Assembly (NCBI GenBank): GCA_963703315.1
Contig: OY969811.1
Span: forward strand, 4,224,001 to 4,288,000
Direction of reading: 5' to 3'
Length of the DNA: 64,000 bases
From: an uncultured cyanobacterium
GTDB taxonomy: Bacteria; Cyanobacteriota; Cyanobacteriia; Pseudanabaenales; Pseudanabaenaceae
Made by a program: the position numbers and the translations under genes. This document shows positions 40,663 to 51,353 of the stretch, in pieces. A model generated the notes under the pieces. It saw only the letters and a program-made list of their open reading frames with translations, made no database searches and was not told where the DNA came from. Position 1 is the first letter of the stretch. Each line of letters opens with the position of its first letter.

Positions 40663-43548
40663 ATGGATAGCTTAACCAAAACCAAATTACTGATTGTTGA
40701 TGATGAAGTAAATAATTTAGAATTACTACATCGTATTTTTAATCGTGAGTATCAAATTTTCCAAGCTGAAAATGGATTTACAGCTTTAGAAATTTTAAAA
40801 CAGGAACCAGATATTGCGGTGATCATTGCCGATCAACGGATGCCAATGATGTCGGGTACTGAGCTTTTAAGTCAAGTTGCTGAGATCTATCCTGACACTT
40901 TACGAATTATCTTAACTGCCCATACCGATGTCCGTGATTTAGTTGAAGCCATTAATCACTCTAAAGTTTTTAAATATATTACTAAGCCCTATCAAGTTAA
41001 AGACTTAGTAGAAGTGGTGCATCAGGCTGTAGACATCTATCAATTATTAAAACTAAGAACTTCTAAACTCCGTAATGAGTTAGAAAGTGCAGAAGCTAAG
41101 TATCAAGGTATTTTTGAGAATGCGATCGAGGGGATTTTTCAGACAACCCTTGATGGGCGTTATTTAATTGCCAACCCTATGCTTGCCAAAATATATGGCT
41201 ATAAGTCACCTGACCAATTAGTCAATGGCTTAACTGATATCACCAATCAGCTTTATATCAATCCTCACCGTCGTCAAGAATTTATTGACATGATGCGAAC
41301 TCATGATACTGTCAGCAATTTTGAGTCGCAGGTACGTCGTCGCGATGGTACAAGGATTTGGATTTCGGAAAATGTTAGAGCTATGCGCGATCGCTACGGA
41401 GTTCTAATTGGTTTTGAAGGAACTGTTCAAGATATTACCCAACGCAAACGTGCTGAAGAAGAATCCCAACTATTGCAAAGCTTGACCTTAGAAATCAGTG
41501 CCGCTAACGACTTCCAATCCGCATTAGAAGTTGCCCTCTGTAAGATTTGTCAGTTTACAGGATGGGACTATGGTGAAGCATGGATACCATCAGGCGATAG
41601 TCAAGTGTTGGTATGTAGCCCTGCATGGTATGTCAGCACTGAAGGATTGGCAGATTTTCGTAAATATAGTGAAAGAATCTCTTTTCCCTCAGACATTGGC
41701 TTTCCGGGAAGAGTATGGGGACACCAACGTCCAGAATGGATTTGGGATATCTCTTTAGAATCAGAAGCTAATTTCCTCCGCAAATACCCTGCATTAGAAT
41801 GTGGCTTAAAATCTGGCTTAGCGATTCCTGTAAGTGCCGATAAAAACGTTGTCGCGATTATGGCTTTCTTTACGATGTCTCCCAATGATCGAGATCAGCA
41901 GCTAGTGGGCTTAATTGGGGCGATCGCGATGCAGTTAGGAGTATTGATGCGGCGGAAACGGGATGAAGAAGCGCTGCGATTAATGAATGAAGAACTTGCC
42001 TTAGCACGCGATCGCGCCCTAGAAGCAAATCGGACTAAAAGTACTTTTGTGGCAAATATGAGTCACGAATTACGCACACCCCTCAATGCCATCATCGGCT
42101 ATAGCGAGATGTTGCAAGAAGATGCAAGTTTATTAGGCTTAGATGATTTCGTGAATGATCTTCAAAAGATCTATCAATCTGGTAGACATCTACTAAATTT
42201 GATTAATGACATTCTAGATATGACCAAAATAGAAGCAGGTAAATTGGAAATTCATTGTGACTACTTTAATGTGCCGACGCTGGTATGGGATGCTAGCACA
42301 ACGATTCAACCATTGCTGCTCAAAAACAATAACCACCTCCATATCGATTGTGATTACCAATTAGGAGCTATTTGTGCAGATATGACCCGCGTGAGGCAAA
42401 TTCTCTTAAATATTTTAAGTAATGCTTGTAAATTCACAAAATCTGGAGAAATTAGCGTCAAGGTGAACCGTCAGCATTCGCCACAAGGAGAATATTTCTA
42501 TTTTAAAATCAGTGATACAGGGATCGGGATTAGTTCAGAGAATCTTCAAAGATTATTTCAACCATTTAATCAAGCTGATAGTTCCACAACTCGACAGTAC
42601 GGAGGTACGGGTCTAGGGCTAGCGATTAGTCATCGTCTTTGTCAAATGATGGGTGGTGATATTACAGTCCAAAGTGAATTGGGGAAAGGATCTACTTTTA
42701 CTGTTGGGTTGCCTATTAATTGTGAGAGAACTCAGCCCAATCTCAATTTGTCTCCATCACTATTGACGAACAATCTAACTCAAAAAACTCCAGATTCTCC
42801 AAGACTCTATCCATCGATTTTATTGATTACTGAAGAGCCTCTCGTACATCAAACTGCTCATTCATCTCTTAGTCATCTGGGAATTAGGATTTATTCATCA
42901 TTCAATGCCATTGATGGTATTGAATTAGCGCATCAAATTTTACCCAATGCTATTGTCTTGGATGTCCAAATACCTTCAATGAGTGGCTGGGATGTTCTCA
43001 AACAGTTAAAGCTTCAGCCTTTGACCTCTGGAATTCCAGTTATTTTACTAACAATTGATGATGAGCAACATCTAAGCGCTCAAATCGGAGCGAATGATTA
43101 CTTGTTTAAACCCATCGATCGCGATCGCTTAATTACGACAATTGAGAAATATCGCCCTGAGTTACAGTCACAGCTATCAGTGTTAGTCATCGAAGATGAT
43201 ATCAATGTGCGATCGATGCTCAAACGGATGCTGGAGAAAGAAAACTGTGTGATTTTCGAGGCGCAGGATGGACATGAAGCGTTAGAAATAATGACAGCAG
43301 AGTTGCCCCAATTGATTTTGCTAGATCTGATGATGCCAAATATCAATGGTTTTGAATTTATGCATTTACTCCGTTTACAACAAGATCTGCCATCAATTCC
43401 GATTATCATCATCACCGCGAGAGATTTGAACGAAGAAGATTGCATTCATCTAAATGGATCAGTGCAGAAAATTTTGCAAAAAACAAATTCTAGCTACACA
43501 CAAATATTTGAAGAAGTTGAGCAAAGGCTCTATAAACTTGGCATATAG
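40663..43548 (+). CDS. Hybrid sensor histidine kinase (REC-PAS-GAF-HisKA-HATPase-REC-REC)
   Basis: LIVDDE/ADQRMP; IFENAIEGIFQT; FVANMSHELRTPLN; GGTGLGLAI; two C-terminal REC domains. Confidence 0.92.
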   Translation: MDSLTKTKLLIVDDEVNNLELLHRIFNREYQIFQAENGFTALEILKQEPDIAVIIADQRMPMMSGTELLSQVAEIYPDTLRIILTAHTDVRDLVEAINHSKVFKYITKPYQVKDLVEVVHQAVDIYQLLKLRTSKLRNELESAEAKYQGIFENAIEGIFQTTLDGRYLIANPMLAKIYGYKSPDQLVNGLTDITNQLYINPHRRQEFIDMMRTHDTVSNFESQVRRRDGTRIWISENVRAMRDRYGVLIGFEGTVQDITQRKRAEEESQLLQSLTLEISAANDFQSALEVALCKICQFTGWDYGEAWIPSGDSQVLVCSPAWYVSTEGLADFRKYSERISFPSDIGFPGRVWGHQRPEWIWDISLESEANFLRKYPALECGLKSGLAIPVSADKNVVAIMAFFTMSPNDRDQQLVGLIGAIAMQLGVLMRRKRDEEALRLMNEELALARDRALEANRTKSTFVANMSHELRTPLNAIIGYSEMLQEDASLLGLDDFVNDLQKIYQSGRHLLNLINDILDMTKIEAGKLEIHCDYFNVPTLVWDASTTIQPLLLKNNNHLHIDCDYQLGAICADMTRVRQILLNILSNACKFTKSGEISVKVNRQHSPQGEYFYFKISDTGIGISSENLQRLFQPFNQADSSTTRQYGGTGLGLAISHRLCQMMGGDITVQSELGKGSTFTVGLPINCERTQPNLNLSPSLLTNNLTQKTPDSPRLYPSILLITEEPLVHQTAHSSLSHLGIRIYSSFNAIDGIELAHQILPNAIVLDVQIPSMSGWDVLKQLKLQPLTSGIPVILLTIDDEQHLSAQIGANDYLFKPIDRDRLITTIEKYRPELQSQLSVLVIEDDINVRSMLKRMLEKENCVIFEAQDGHEALEIMTAELPQLILLDLMMPNINGFEFMHLLRLQQDLPSIPIIIITARDLNEEDCIHLNGSVQKILQKTNSSYTQIFEEVEQRLYKLGI

Positions 43549-43735
43549 CGATTTATAGAGGATTGTTTCCCTGCCTTCGGCAGGGAAACAATCTCGTACT
43601 TCACTAGACTGTATAGCTGTAGTCAGTTATGTTAGGACAAAACCAAAACCCAAAAGAGAGTTGCGGCGCTTCGCGCCGCAACTCTCTTTTGGGTTTTATG
43701 TCTTAACTTGCTTGGCTATGGCTATAAAACGCTAT
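43545..43735. mobile_element. Outer MITE-like element interrupted by the 115-bp MITE
   Basis: Ends ATAGCGATTTATAG and CTG[TA]AAACGCTAT; internal hairpin GATTGTTTCCCTGCC-TTC-GGCAGGGAAACAATC. Confidence 0.6.
43612..43726. mobile_element. 115-bp MITE-like element (copy B)
   Basis: One mismatch versus 31944-32058. Confidence 0.8.
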
Positions 43736-43837
43736 AAGTAGCTCAGCATATAAAACCCAAACCCAGAGCTTGTGCCGCCCGCGTAGCGGGCGGCACAAGC
43801 TTCTAGGTTTTAAGTTTACTTATGCCTAGCTACTTAT
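43734..43837. mobile_element. Third MITE-like family element
   Basis: ATAAGTAGCT...AGCTACTTAT terminal inverted repeats; central GC hairpin; partial copy at 25003. Confidence 0.7.
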
Positions 43838-43913
43838 TAACTTTAGGGCTTACGAAATTCCTGTAAGATATTGCTATTTTTGAACGCTCCAGACTGTTAT
43901 TTCAATTATTTCA

Positions 43914-44744
43914 ATGCCAAATATCAATATTACAATTCATCCTCGTGCCATCGTTCACCCTAATGCCAAAATTGGTGAAGGTACTTCCATCGGAGCCGAT
44001 GCCATTGTTGACGAGTTTGTGGAAATCGGCGATCGCTGCGAGATTCGCGCTAGGGCGATCGTTACAGGACATACGAAGATTGGCAATGACAACCAAATTG
44101 GCTATGGGGCGATTATTGGTTCAGAGCCGCAGGATACCTCCTACAAAGGGGCAATTAGTTTTGTGGAAATTGGCGATCGCAATGTGTTACGCGAATATGT
44201 CACCGTCAATCGCGGTACTAAGGAAGGCTCCAGCACCAAAATCGGTAATGACAATTTGTTGTTTACAGGTGTTCATGTTGCCCATAACTGTGCGATCAGC
44301 GATCGCGTAATTTTAGTAAATAACGTGTTGTTAGCTGGCTATGTGGAAGTCCATGATCATGCCTTTATGGGTGGTGACTCGGTGGTGCATCAGTTTACGC
44401 GCATCGGTGCATACTCGATGACGCGCGGACAAACGCGCATCGGTATGGATGTCCCACCCTATTGCATGGCAGTGGACACAAATATGGTGTTTGGACTAAA
44501 TCGGCTAGGATTGCGTCGCAATGGTTTCAGTCATGAGCGCCGCCGTACTATTCTTGCTGCCTACGAAGTTCTTTATAAGTCCGATCGCAATCGCACTCAG
44601 GCGATCGAGTTTCTAGAGTCCGATCCTAATTTTGCAGGTAATCCTGATATTCAAAGGTTTTGTGACTTTCTCAAAGGTTGTCGGCGCGGATTCTGCAAGC
44701 TCTACGAAAAAGGCGCAAGTCGCATTGAAGAAGATCGTGACTAA
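43914..44744 (+). CDS. lpxA: Acyl-ACP--UDP-N-acetylglucosamine O-acyltransferase
   Basis: Hexapeptide repeats, GSEPQD, REYVTVNRGT, HVAHNC, VHQFTRIG, GLNRLGLRR. Confidence 0.9.
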   Translation: MPNINITIHPRAIVHPNAKIGEGTSIGADAIVDEFVEIGDRCEIRARAIVTGHTKIGNDNQIGYGAIIGSEPQDTSYKGAISFVEIGDRNVLREYVTVNRGTKEGSSTKIGNDNLLFTGVHVAHNCAISDRVILVNNVLLAGYVEVHDHAFMGGDSVVHQFTRIGAYSMTRGQTRIGMDVPPYCMAVDTNMVFGLNRLGLRRNGFSHERRRTILAAYEVLYKSDRNRTQAIEFLESDPNFAGNPDIQRFCDFLKGCRRGFCKLYEKGASRIEEDRD

Positions 44745-44838
44745 AAAATTTTGTTCAGGCATAGCCTGAGCAAAATTTTTAATCGCGATAAAATGCGAAA
44801 CTAATCCTTGGTGAATTGCAAACATTTGAGCTACGAGT

Positions 44839-46617
44839 TTGAAACAAGAATCTTTAGGGCAATCTTCGGGAAAATCTGCAAAGCGATCTTCCTACTGGCA
44901 GATGCGAGATTACGTCTATCCCCAACGTTTTCTGATTGCTAAAGCATTTTTATGCACCTTAGTTTTTATCGGCACGATGCCCCTACTCGCGGAATTGCTA
45001 GGACGGGTTGCACAGGCTTTGGGTAAAGGCGATGTCACTGCCATTGTGCAGATAGCGGCATTTACGGTAGTTATGTTTGTATTTCGGGGATTGGGGCAGT
45101 ATGGGCAGGACTCAATGATGGCGCAAGCGGCGTTAAATGCTGCAAGGGATTTGCGCGTTGATGTGTACTCCCATTTGCAAACTCTGGATCTCGACTATTT
45201 TGCAGAATCCCGTACTGGTGATTTGTCCTATCGTTTGACTGAAGATATCGATCGCATTGGCGAGGTGATTGGCAAATTCTTCCATCAATTTGTGCCGTCA
45301 GTATTGCAATTGATTTTTGTACTGGCGTACATGATCTATTTGAATTGGATTTTGACCCTGACGACCTTAGCCGTTGCGCCCTTGATTGCCCTGTTAATTG
45401 CATGGTTTGGCGATCGGATGTTGCGCCTCAGCCGCCGTAGTCAAGATCAAGTCTCGAACCTTGCTGCATTACTATCAGAAACCTTTAGCGGTATTCGCCT
45501 AGTCCGAGCCTTTGCCACCGAGTCCTATGAGATTGACAGATTCAAACAGGAATCCGAACAAAATAGCCGCCGTAAATATGCCGCCGATCGCGTCAAAGCG
45601 ATTCAATATCCTGTGATTGGCTTGTTAGAAGCGATCGGCATTTGCTTTTTGTTTTTGCTAGGTGGTTGGTTGATTGCTAATAACTGGCTGAAGCCCGAAC
45701 AGTTTGTTGCTTTTGGTGCAGGTGTTGCTCTGTTGATTGACCCGATTTCCCTGACTACGAATAGCTACAACGAACTCAAGCAAGCAGAAGCTTCGGTTGA
45801 TCGCATTTTTGAGATTTTCCAAATTCAGCCTGTAGTTACTGAAAAGCCCAACGCGATCGCTCTTCCTGAAGTCACAGGCAAAGTCGAATATATTAATGTT
45901 GGCTTCCATTATCAAAGCGATCGCTCAGTTCTCACGGATATTAATTTAGTGGCGAATAAGGGAGAGGCGATCGCCCTAGTTGGTGCATCAGGAGCAGGTA
46001 AATCCACTTTGATGAATCTGTTAATGCGCTTCCATGATGTCAAGTCTGGACAAATCCTGATCGACGGCTATGACATTCGCGATGTCCAAATCACTAGCCT
46101 TCGTAATCAACTTGCTCTCGTTCCCCAAGAAAATATTCTCTTCTCTGGAACCGTTGCTTCTAACATTGCCTTTGGACAAAAGGATTACGACACGCAAGCA
46201 GTGGAGAATGCTGCCAAAATTGCTAATGCCCATGATTTTATTATGGAACTTCCTCAAGGCTACGATACATGGGTGGGAGAGCGTGGTGTCAATCTGTCAG
46301 GTGGTCAGCGTCAACGGATTTCGATTGCTAGAGCCGTTCTCCATAATCCCAAAATCCTTATTCTCGATGAAGCAACTTCGGCTCTGGATACAGAATCGGA
46401 AAGCCTTGTTCAAGAAGCCTTACAGCGTTTAATGCAGGGTCGTACAGTATTTATCATCGCCCACCGTTTAGCCACAATTAGAAATAGCGATCGCATTATT
46501 GTTTTAGAACAAGGTCAAATTGTTGAATCAGGAACCCATGATGAACTCTTGCAAAAGGCAGGACGCTATGCTCAATTGCATTCTCGCCAGTTTGATACAA
46601 TAGCCTCAAACCTTTAG
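44839..46617 (+). CDS. ABC transporter permease/ATP-binding protein (MsbA-like exporter)
   Basis: TM domain + GASGAGKST, LSGGQRQR, ILDEATSALD, IAHRL. Confidence 0.9.
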   Translation: MKQESLGQSSGKSAKRSSYWQMRDYVYPQRFLIAKAFLCTLVFIGTMPLLAELLGRVAQALGKGDVTAIVQIAAFTVVMFVFRGLGQYGQDSMMAQAALNAARDLRVDVYSHLQTLDLDYFAESRTGDLSYRLTEDIDRIGEVIGKFFHQFVPSVLQLIFVLAYMIYLNWILTLTTLAVAPLIALLIAWFGDRMLRLSRRSQDQVSNLAALLSETFSGIRLVRAFATESYEIDRFKQESEQNSRRKYAADRVKAIQYPVIGLLEAIGICFLFLLGGWLIANNWLKPEQFVAFGAGVALLIDPISLTTNSYNELKQAEASVDRIFEIFQIQPVVTEKPNAIALPEVTGKVEYINVGFHYQSDRSVLTDINLVANKGEAIALVGASGAGKSTLMNLLMRFHDVKSGQILIDGYDIRDVQITSLRNQLALVPQENILFSGTVASNIAFGQKDYDTQAVENAAKIANAHDFIMELPQGYDTWVGERGVNLSGGQRQRISIARAVLHNPKILILDEATSALDTESESLVQEALQRLMQGRTVFIIAHRLATIRNSDRIIVLEQGQIVESGTHDELLQKAGRYAQLHSRQFDTIASNL

Positions 46618-46683
46618 CGTAGTATGATGAAGGCCTTATGATTTCGTCTTATCGTTAACAAAAATTTTAAGTAACTTTTTAGA

Positions 46684-47898
46684 ATGTCTCAAAGCTCAAC
46701 TCAAACAAATCTATCAACCCTACTAGAACGCGGTGTTGTTGAAATATTTCCTAATAGCGAATCTGACAACTTGCGCGATCGCATTCAAAAGACTGATCGC
46801 CCTCTCCGCATTAAACTAGGCATCGATCCCACCCGTCCCGACTTGCACCTCGGACATACTGTGGCTTTGCGGAAATTGCGCCAGTTCCAAGATGCAGGAC
46901 ACAAAGCTGTCTTAATTATTGGTGACTTTACTGCTCAAATTGGTGATCCCACAGGACGTTCGGAAGCACGCCCTCGACTTACACCTGAAGAAGTTGCCTA
47001 CAATGCCGAAACTTATCTCGATCAGGCAAAGAAAATTCTTGATTTCTCTAGCGATCGCTTTGATTTATGCCGCAATGGTGAATGGTTGAATAAACTTGAT
47101 TTGCAGCAGATTATCACCCTGCAAGCGAGTATGACTGTTGGGCAGATGTTGGCTAAAGAAGGATTTAGCGATCGCTACGACAAGGGGAATCCAATTTACT
47201 TGCATGAGTTTTTGTACCCACTTTTGCAAGGCTATGACTCCGTAGCGATCGACTCCGATGTGGAACTAGGCGGCACTGACCAAAAATTTAATATTCTGGT
47301 TGGTCGTGATTTGCAACTCAAAGACTCCAACCGTCAAGGCAAACCCGCACAATTTGGACTATTGCTACCTTTGCTAGTGGGCTTAGATGGTGTGCAGAAA
47401 ATGTCAAAATCCCTCGGCAACTATGTGGGGCTGACCGATGAGCCATTGAGTATGTATTCCAAACTGGAAAAAGTGCCTGATGCTTTAGTTAATACTTATT
47501 TTGAGTTGCTTACGGATATTGACATTGCCACGCTTCCCGAAAATCCTCGCGAAAAGCAAAAACAACTAGCTGTAGCGATCGTCAGTCAATATCACAGTCC
47601 TGAAGCTGCTTTGCAAGCACAACAGGATGCTGAAAAAATTGTGCTAGCAGGTAATACTACCGATCTTGGTGACATTCCTGAATTTGATCTTGCCCAAATT
47701 AATTTCCCTGCGCCTTTGCATTATCTAGTCAAGGCTTCGGGACTTTGCAAAAGTAACAGTGAAGCTCAAAGTCAAATCAAAAATGGTGCGGTGAAACTTG
47801 ATGGTGAAAAATTAGGCGATCGCACATTTGCGACTGTGGATGAACTATCAGGCAAAGTCTTACAGGTTGGTAAGAAAAAATTCTTGCGCTTGATTTGA
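46684..47898 (+). CDS. tyrS: Tyrosine--tRNA ligase
   Basis: [31 protein letters not shown]4 tail QVGKKKF. Confidence 0.98.
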   Translation: MSQSSTQTNLSTLLERGVVEIFPNSESDNLRDRIQKTDRPLRIKLGIDPTRPDLHLGHTVALRKLRQFQDAGHKAVLIIGDFTAQIGDPTGRSEARPRLTPEEVAYNAETYLDQAKKILDFSSDRFDLCRNGEWLNKLDLQQIITLQASMTVGQMLAKEGFSDRYDKGNPIYLHEFLYPLLQGYDSVAIDSDVELGGTDQKFNILVGRDLQLKDSNRQGKPAQFGLLLPLLVGLDGVQKMSKSLGNYVGLTDEPLSMYSKLEKVPDALVNTYFELLTDIDIATLPENPREKQKQLAVAIVSQYHSPEAALQAQQDAEKIVLAGNTTDLGDIPEFDLAQINFPAPLHYLVKASGLCKSNSEAQSQIKNGAVKLDGEKLGDRTFATVDELSGKVLQVGKKKFLRLI

Positions 47899-47961
47899 CA
47901 ATTTCAAATCACTGTTTTGAGTTTTGCTTGAAGTAAAATAGCTGAAAAGCTGAATTTCTCA

Positions 47962-50900
47962 ATGGTTGCTGAGATTTGTTTTGATGGTTATTTAAGGGCG
48001 ATTGTAAACACTCACCAAAAATGGCAGGAGTGGTATACGCCAACGGATGCGACAGGAAAGGATTCATCGCAAGTTGAGCGCGATCGCCCTGCTTTTTTTG
48101 ATTTTGGTTTGATGGTGCAGACGGTAGAGCCGCCAAAGGCTGAGCAGGAAAGAGAATTAGAGCAGGATCGCGAAAAGAAGGAAAAAATCGAGCGGTTGCC
48201 TGTGTTGGAGGGGATTTGTAAGTATGCGGCGGATCATGTGTTGCTGGTGGGTAGACCAGGATCGGGGAAGTCTACGGCTTTGGCGCGGTTGTTGTTGCAG
48301 GAGGCGGAAAATGCGTTAAAGGATCAGCAAGCGAAAATTCCTGTGTTGGTGGAGTTGCGGTATTTGCCCTCGGAGGCGAATGAGTCGTCTGTATGCGATC
48401 GCATTCTTGCCTTTATGCACAAACACGATCCTGCTTTGGATATTGATGAGGCGGGGATTAAGCAGCTATTGCGTCAGGGGCGGTTGTTGCTGTTAGTGGA
48501 TGGGGTGAATGAGTTGCCATCGGATCGCGGTCGCGTCATGGTAAATCAATTTCGGGAGCTTTATCAAAAAACTTGCCCAATGATCTTTACGACGCGGGAG
48601 TTGAGTGCGGGTGGGGATTTGGGGATTACCAAGCGGTTAGAGATGCAGCCTTTGACGGAGCCTCAGATGCAGCAGTTTGTGATGGCGTATTTGCCGACGC
48701 AGGGAGAGAGGTTGTTGCGGCAGTTGTCGGGAAGGTTGCGAGAGTTTGGGCAAACGCCTTTGTTGTTATGGATGCTTTGTTCGTTGTTTCAGCAGTCTGA
48801 GCAGATTCCACCAAATTTAGGTATGGTGTTTCGGGCCTTTACGGTGGGCTATGGGGACAGGATTAAGCAGAATGTGACGCTATCGAAGGATTCGCGGGCA
48901 TGGTGGGGGCGGTTGTTGCAGTATCTAGCGTTTAAGATGACCTGTGGCGAAAGTCTGACGGAATTGCAGGTGGCAATTTCGCGGCGGAAGGCGGAGCAGT
49001 TTTTGGTGGAGTTTCTGCGGGGGAAGGTGGAGTTTGCGGACGATCTTGCGGTGCGGTGGTTGGAGGATTTGCTGAAGCATCATTTGATTCAGATTAGCAA
49101 TGACCGCATTGAGTTTCGGCATCAGTTAATTCAGGAATATTATGCGGCGGAGTGGTTGTTGGGACTGTTGCCGAGTCCGAGTTTGAGTGATGCGCGGTTA
49201 CGGCAGGGCTATCTTAATTATTTGAAATGGACGGAACCTTTGGCGTTGATGTTGGAGTTGGTGGAGAGTGAGGAGCAGGCGGTGCGGGTGGTGAGGCTGG
49301 CGCTGGAGGTGGATTTGCGGTTGGGGGCGAGGTTGGCTGGGGCGGTGAAGTATGGGTTTCAGGAGAAGACAGTTGGGTTGTTGTTGAGGGAAATAGAAGA
49401 ACAGAAAATTCCGAAGTTATATGCGATCGAACTTTTTGGGGAAACGGGATCTAATGTTTCTATTACTACTCTAACTCAATCTCTTAAAGATGAAGATTCT
49501 GATGTACGTGAAAATGCTGCAAAAGCATTAGGTCAGATAGCTAGTGACAAAGCGGTCGAAGAACTTATTCAAGCCCTTAATGATACTAGTTCTTGTGTAA
49601 GTGGCAATGCAGCAGAAGCCTTAGGTCGGATTGGTAGTGACAAAGCAGTTGAGCCTCTTATTCAATCTCTTAAAGACACGAATCTTACTGTTGGTAGGAA
49701 TGCAGCAGAAGCCTTAGGTCGGATTGGTAGTGACAAAGCAGTTGAGCCTCTCATTAAAGCCCTCAAAGATACACCTTATACAGATTCTGAAGTACGTAGG
49801 AATGTAAAAAAGGCATTAGGTAAGATTAGTAGCGATAAGTCAGTCAAATCACTTATTCAAGCTCTCAAAGACAAAGATTTTTATGTGCGTTGGGATGCAA
49901 CAGAAGCATTAGGTCAGATAGACTGTGACAAAGCAGTTGAGCCTCTCATTCAAGCTCTTCAAGATACAGATTCTGAGGTACGTGAAAATGTAGCAAAAGC
50001 ATTAGGTCAGATAGGTAGTGGCAAAGCAGTTGAGTCTCTCATTCAAGCTCTTCAAGATACAGATCCTAATGTGCGTAAAAATGCAACAGAAGCATTAGGT
50101 CGGATTGGTAGTGACAAAGCAGTTGAGCCTCTCATTCAAGCTCTTCAAGATACAGATTCTAATGTGCGTAAAAATGCAACAGAAGCATTAGGTCAGATTG
50201 GCAGTGACAAAGCAGTTGAGCCTCTCATTCAAGCTCTTCAAAATACGAGTTTTACTGTTGGTAGGAATGCAGCAAAAGCATTAGGTCGGATTGGCAGTGA
50301 TAAGGCAGTTGAGCCTCTCATTCAAGCTCTTCAAAATACAAAAGTGCATGAAAAGGCAGCAAAGGCATTAGGTCAGATAGGTGGTGATAAAACAGTTGAT
50401 CTTCTCATCCAAGTTCTTCAGGATACAAATTATAAAATGCGTTATTGTGTAGCACAAGTATTAGGTCAGATTGGCAGTTACAAAGCAGTTGAGCCTCTCA
50501 TTCAAGCTCTTCAAGATACAGATTTTTTTGTGCGTTGGAATGCAACAGAAGCATTAGGTCAGATTGGCGATGACAAAGCAGTTGAGCCTCTCATTCAAGC
50601 CCTTCAAGATACAAATTATAAAATGCGTTATTATGTAGCAAAAGCATTAGGTCAGATTGGCAGTGATAAAGCAGTTGAGCCTCTCATTCAAGCTCTTCAA
50701 GATAAATATTTTGATGTGCGTATGTTTGCAGCAGAAGCATTAGGTCAGATTGGCAGCGATAAAGCAGTTGAGCCTCTCATTCAAGCTCTTCAAGATAAAT
50801 ATGTTGATGTATCTATGTTTGCAGCAGAAGCATTAGGGGAAATCAATATTAGTGGAAAGATTAGCATCGTGTCTTTTGCATTACTAGAAGTATTAGAAAA

Positions 50901-51321
50901 TAATAACGAGTTATTATGTACGCCAGCGATTAAAGCTTTGGGTAAAATAGGTGGAGAAATGGCAGTTCGAGGACTAATACCATTACTACAAGATAGCGAT
51001 TTCTTAGTGAGGCAATCTGCTCGCGAATCTCTAAGCAAAATTGCCTCTCCTAAGACTATTAGTTACCTCTACAAGCTAATTCCAACAACCTACGGGCTTA
51101 ATGAAATTCACCTCGTAATCTCTAATATCCAAGCCCGATGTAAATACTACAACTACGACATAGCCCAAACACCCTTACCCCCCGAAGATAACCCCAACCC
51201 CACCACAGGCAACACCTACATCTTCAACAAAGAAGTAGGACAAGTAGTTGGTGGAAATCTAATAGTTCAGGGTGATAATATTGCCACACAAAACAACCAA
51301 AAGACAGCACCTGAATCCTAA
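47962..51321 (+). CDS. NACHT NTPase + HEAT-repeat (NLR-like) protein with C-terminal low-complexity motif
   Basis: GRPGSGKST Walker A, LLLVDGVNE Walker B, FTTR, TPLLL, FRHQLIQEYYAA; about 17 HEAT repeats. Confidence 0.9.
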   Translation: MVAEICFDGYLRAIVNTHQKWQEWYTPTDATGKDSSQVERDRPAFFDFGLMVQTVEPPKAEQERELEQDREKKEKIERLPVLEGICKYAADHVLLVGRPGSGKSTALARLLLQEAENALKDQQAKIPVLVELRYLPSEANESSVCDRILAFMHKHDPALDIDEAGIKQLLRQGRLLLLVDGVNELPSDRGRVMVNQFRELYQKTCPMIFTTRELSAGGDLGITKRLEMQPLTEPQMQQFVMAYLPTQGERLLRQLSGRLREFGQTPLLLWMLCSLFQQSEQIPPNLGMVFRAFTVGYGDRIKQNVTLSKDSRAWWGRLLQYLAFKMTCGESLTELQVAISRRKAEQFLVEFLRGKVEFADDLAVRWLEDLLKHHLIQISNDRIEFRHQLIQEYYAAEWLLGLLPSPSLSDARLRQGYLNYLKWTEPLALMLELVESEEQAVRVVRLALEVDLRLGARLAGAVKYGFQEKTVGLLLREIEEQKIPKLYAIELFGETGSNVSITTLTQSLKDEDSDVRENAAKALGQIASDKAVEELIQALNDTSSCVSGNAAEALGRIGSDKAVEPLIQSLKDTNLTVGRNAAEALGRIGSDKAVEPLIKALKDTPYTDSEVRRNVKKALGKISSDKSVKSLIQALKDKDFYVRWDATEALGQIDCDKAVEPLIQALQDTDSEVRENVAKALGQIGSGKAVESLIQALQDTDPNVRKNATEALGRIGSDKAVEPLIQALQDTDSNVRKNATEALGQIGSDKAVEPLIQALQNTSFTVGRNAAKALGRIGSDKAVEPLIQALQNTKVHEKAAKALGQIGGDKTVDLLIQVLQDTNYKMRYCVAQVLGQIGSYKAVEPLIQALQDTDFFVRWNATEALGQIGDDKAVEPLIQALQDTNYKMRYYVAKALGQIGSDKAVEPLIQALQDKYFDVRMFAAEALGQIGSDKAVEPLIQALQDKYVDVSMFAAEALGEINISGKISIVSFALLEVLENNNELLCTPAIKALGKIGGEMAVRGLIPLLQDSDFLVRQSARESLSKIASPKTISYLYKLIPTTYGLNEIHLVISNIQARCKYYNYDIAQTPLPPEDNPNPTTGNTYIFNKEVGQVVGGNLIVQGDNIATQNNQKTAPES
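49462..51057 (+). repeat. Array of 93-nt HEAT-repeat units (15 well conserved + 2 degenerate)
   Basis: GACAAAGCAGTTGAGCCTCTCATTCAAGCTCTTCAAGAT...GCATTAGGTCAGATTGG recurring; VEPLIQALQD-x-VR-x-A-EALGQIGSDKA. Confidence 0.9.
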
Positions 51322-51353
51322 CCAACCACTAAACATTACCCAGTGAGAAAAAC

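Noticed and set aside
49462..51057. HEAT array as a CRISPR array or DGR variable region
   Set aside because: Continuous in-frame protein repeats; no reverse transcriptase or template repeat seen in the window.
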